A stretch of 36,101 bases of DNA from Phoronis australis. Lineage: Eukaryota; Animalia; Phoronida. How positions within the stretch are numbered: the stretch's first letter is position 1; each line of letters opens with the position of its first letter. The DNA is taken from NCBI GenBank assembly GCA_002633005.1, contig NMRA01000009.1:427455-463555 (forward strand), in the 5' to 3' direction. Under the pieces are notes generated by a model. It saw nothing but the letters and a program-made list of their open reading frames with translations. It was not told the origin of the DNA and made no database searches. The position numbers and the translations under genes are program-made. Of the stretch, positions 33,681 to 36,101 are shown in pieces.

Positions 33681-34984
33681 ATCTTTGATTTTGTAATTCA
33701 TTGATGTAGACTGTTGACAGCTCCTCACACACAGTGACTCACATTACGGGCAATCATCACCCGCTCACCATGATGTACTATAATATATAGAAGATATTTA
33801 AGAGTGGTTCAATATAACCCAGGAGCAGACGATTTTTTTCTGATTAAACAGGACAGTTAAAAATGCACTTCCAGTACCCAACGCTTAAGCGTAATGCGAA
33901 GTCACATTTGGCGACTTGGCGGAAATCCCCGGTTGCCAATACTGCTGTCAAATTTGGCGACTAAAAACGCCCGGTACTGGTGACCACCCCAAAAAAGGTA
34001 ATGTAGGACTTTGTAAACTTACACAAATTTCTGCCTCTTGTGTAGTCTAACCAATATGTACCATTCATTAACTCATTCTGCCATTGAATGAAAATAGAAG
34101 GAGACGCTCGTAAGCACTGGAGGCACTTGTTTCACCGATAGTACCCGATGTTTACCAAACAATTCCGACTTTCGTCTGTTTACTTCCTGTTGTAATTTAA
34201 GCGTGTGTTTGATGTGTGCTTCACTGCTGTGGTGGCAAATGCACTGATGTCCCTAAATAAAGGGAACAATTTTCAACGAAAGGCTTTAATTGTATATATA
34301 CATTCTTTTCAAGAAAGGTGTATAATTTAGTGTACTTAACGAAGAGTGTAATTTTTTAATGTGTTAGATTTTATCGGGTCATTTTTTACCCACATCCGCG
34401 AAAAGCTGCATATTAGTATATAGCTTTGCGCCAAGGCTACGTCTTGCGTTGCTGACAATTCATCAACGTCGAAAGTTTCACGATAGGAATTTTGCATTTT
34501 CTAAAAGCGATACTAGCCCTAGTTCATGGTGACCATCGTACGAAACGATCATTCATACTGACATTGGCAGCAAGTTTGTGGTGACCGAAGCGAAACTGCC
34601 GGGTGACTGAACTTTGGGCTGGGTGAGTGGGGTTTTGAAACCTGGGTATATCCCTGTATACTAAGGACGGCTGGATTATCTGGAAGACATCAAATTCAAA
34701 CAATTTAAGTGCTAATATACATAATCTGACTAACCTTATTTGCTTTTAAAATGAAATATATGGTGCCACGCAGTTGCTTGTATTATTTACTGATGCTCAT
34801 GAAAATTTAAGAGAAATCATGTAATTTATTGAAGTGTACGGTGTGGATATCAATTTGTCTTGTTCGTTTTCATCTTTAAAGCATTTTTATAAGTTAAAAT
34901 AGAACCCGAACACACACAGAATAGGCAACCTATCAATTTGGGTTATAAACTGTATTTCCAAGTTATGACACCTGGAAGTTTGTA

Positions 34985-35420
34985 GGGTGAATAGCAAAAA
35001 TTGGATTATTTGGCTGACAAGATGTGACGAAGTTTACCAATGAGTGCAGTGAAAGGTTGTCGGGTGAGTAGTAAATATCTGACTGTTTTGCCGACGAGGT
35101 GGGACTGCGATGATGTTGGCTGATGAGCCTACGTTGGTCGGATGAATATCAAAAATATTTTTTCTGACAAGCTCATGGTGTTGCATTGACTGATTGAGAT
35201 CACTGAAAGTTGAAAGGTGAATAGCAAAAAAAGAATTTGACCGACAAGGATATTTTGCATTGTATTAGCCAATGAAATTGTTGAAAAAATTGTCTGGTAA
35301 TAGCACATATCTGATTAGTTGACCAACAAGCTGTGGTGTCACAAAAATCCACTATCGAATGAGATCACTGAATGATTTGTCGATTAAGTAACAAATATGC
35401 GTTTATTTGGCTGACCCGTT
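34985..35420. repeat. Highly diverged ~77-bp tandem repeat, ~6 copies
   Basis: GGTGAATAGCAAA.A....TTGGCYGACAAG-like motif recurs near 34985, 35062, 35140, 35216, 35295 and 35380. Confidence 0.65.
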
Positions 35421-35554
35421 GGATCAGTTGCAAAAACTGGCATATTTGCCAACTTGTCGGGTAAATTGTGTCTACCTTAAAATCAGTCACATAAATTAGT
35501 CATCCTCTTGTCATGACACTGTAATGGGTGTCAGGAAGATGACTAGTTTGCACT

Positions 35555-36060
35555 TTAGTGGCAACTTTAGTTTTTATGTTTGCCTATTGTATCTTTTTAG
35601 TTCCTTGATGAATTTTCATAAAATTTGGAAAACGGGTATCTATTGACGAGATAACGCTGCCATCTCGTTTACGAATGGATTAGTTTTCTGCCTTTCTGTT
35701 GGCCAAACCACATTAAGAATGGTTATGAGAATTGATAAATGTGTTCCTATTGTTACGAAGTTGGTTGGCAAAGATTTTCAGATGGTATCGAATACTGTGG
35801 GACTTCTAAATGTTTTGTTTCTTTTTGTGTCAGCGGCTTCATCTTGTAAACCTCTTGCAGGAACTTTATTAAATTTGAAAGTTTGTGAAAAACTGTCAAC
35901 AGTCGCTAACAGTTTTTAAACGGATCTAACTACTTTTGTGTGGTCGCATATTGTCGTCGCTTTGTCTGGTTGTCCGCTCGATATCTCAAAAAACCCTGGT
36001 TGAATTTTGATGAAATTTCTCACAAGGGTGTAAGGAATCACTAGAACGGTTCATGCCACT
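35555..36060 (+). mobile_element. HINE-family fragments
   Basis: TAGTGGCAACTTTAGTTTTT..ATTTTCATAAAATTTGG matches the 11750-12300 units; 35940-36055 resembles 9328-9435. Confidence 0.65.
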
Positions 36061-36101
36061 TTTCAATCTGCCCTGCACCTTGAGGTCGGGGGGGGGGGGG
36101 G

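Noticed and set aside
34647-34710. ATATCCCT as a U12 donor, or GRLDYLEDIKFKQF as exon 2 of the divergent gene
   Set aside because: Imperfect U12 consensus, weak acceptor and no convincing donor.

Overview
AT-rich (roughly 38% GC by eye), repeat-dense eukaryotic genomic DNA, probably from a marine invertebrate (lophotrochozoan-like repeat content). It is not prokaryotic and has no CRISPR, rRNA or tRNA genes. Host genes assembled by hand from splice signals: (i) a complete 4-exon SF3B6 (U2 snRNP p14) gene on the minus strand (30982->18267, 125 aa); (ii) a convergent, 5'-incomplete, at least 5-exon plus-strand gene (9036-14272) ending in 21-22-aa Arg/Glu-rich helical repeats (STPR-like); (iii) the probable first coding exon of a gene divergent from SF3B6, across a ~300-bp CRE/ETS promoter. 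The rest is mostly mobile DNA: the intact 3' end of an RNase H-bearing Ingi/I-group LINE; a 3.7-kb Merlin (IS1595-like) transposon with ~455-bp TIRs and a dead transposase, nested in a palindromic MITE; two Helentron/HINE-type elements with higher-order internal repeats; hAT-like and Harbinger-like non-autonomous elements with clean TSDs; a five-layer nested TE stack in SF3B6 intron 1; and many independent 28-58-bp minisatellites. The most unusual single structure is a 358-bp LINE fragment flanked by a 70-bp duplication that copied a host splice acceptor. All alignments and counts are manual; no database searches were run.
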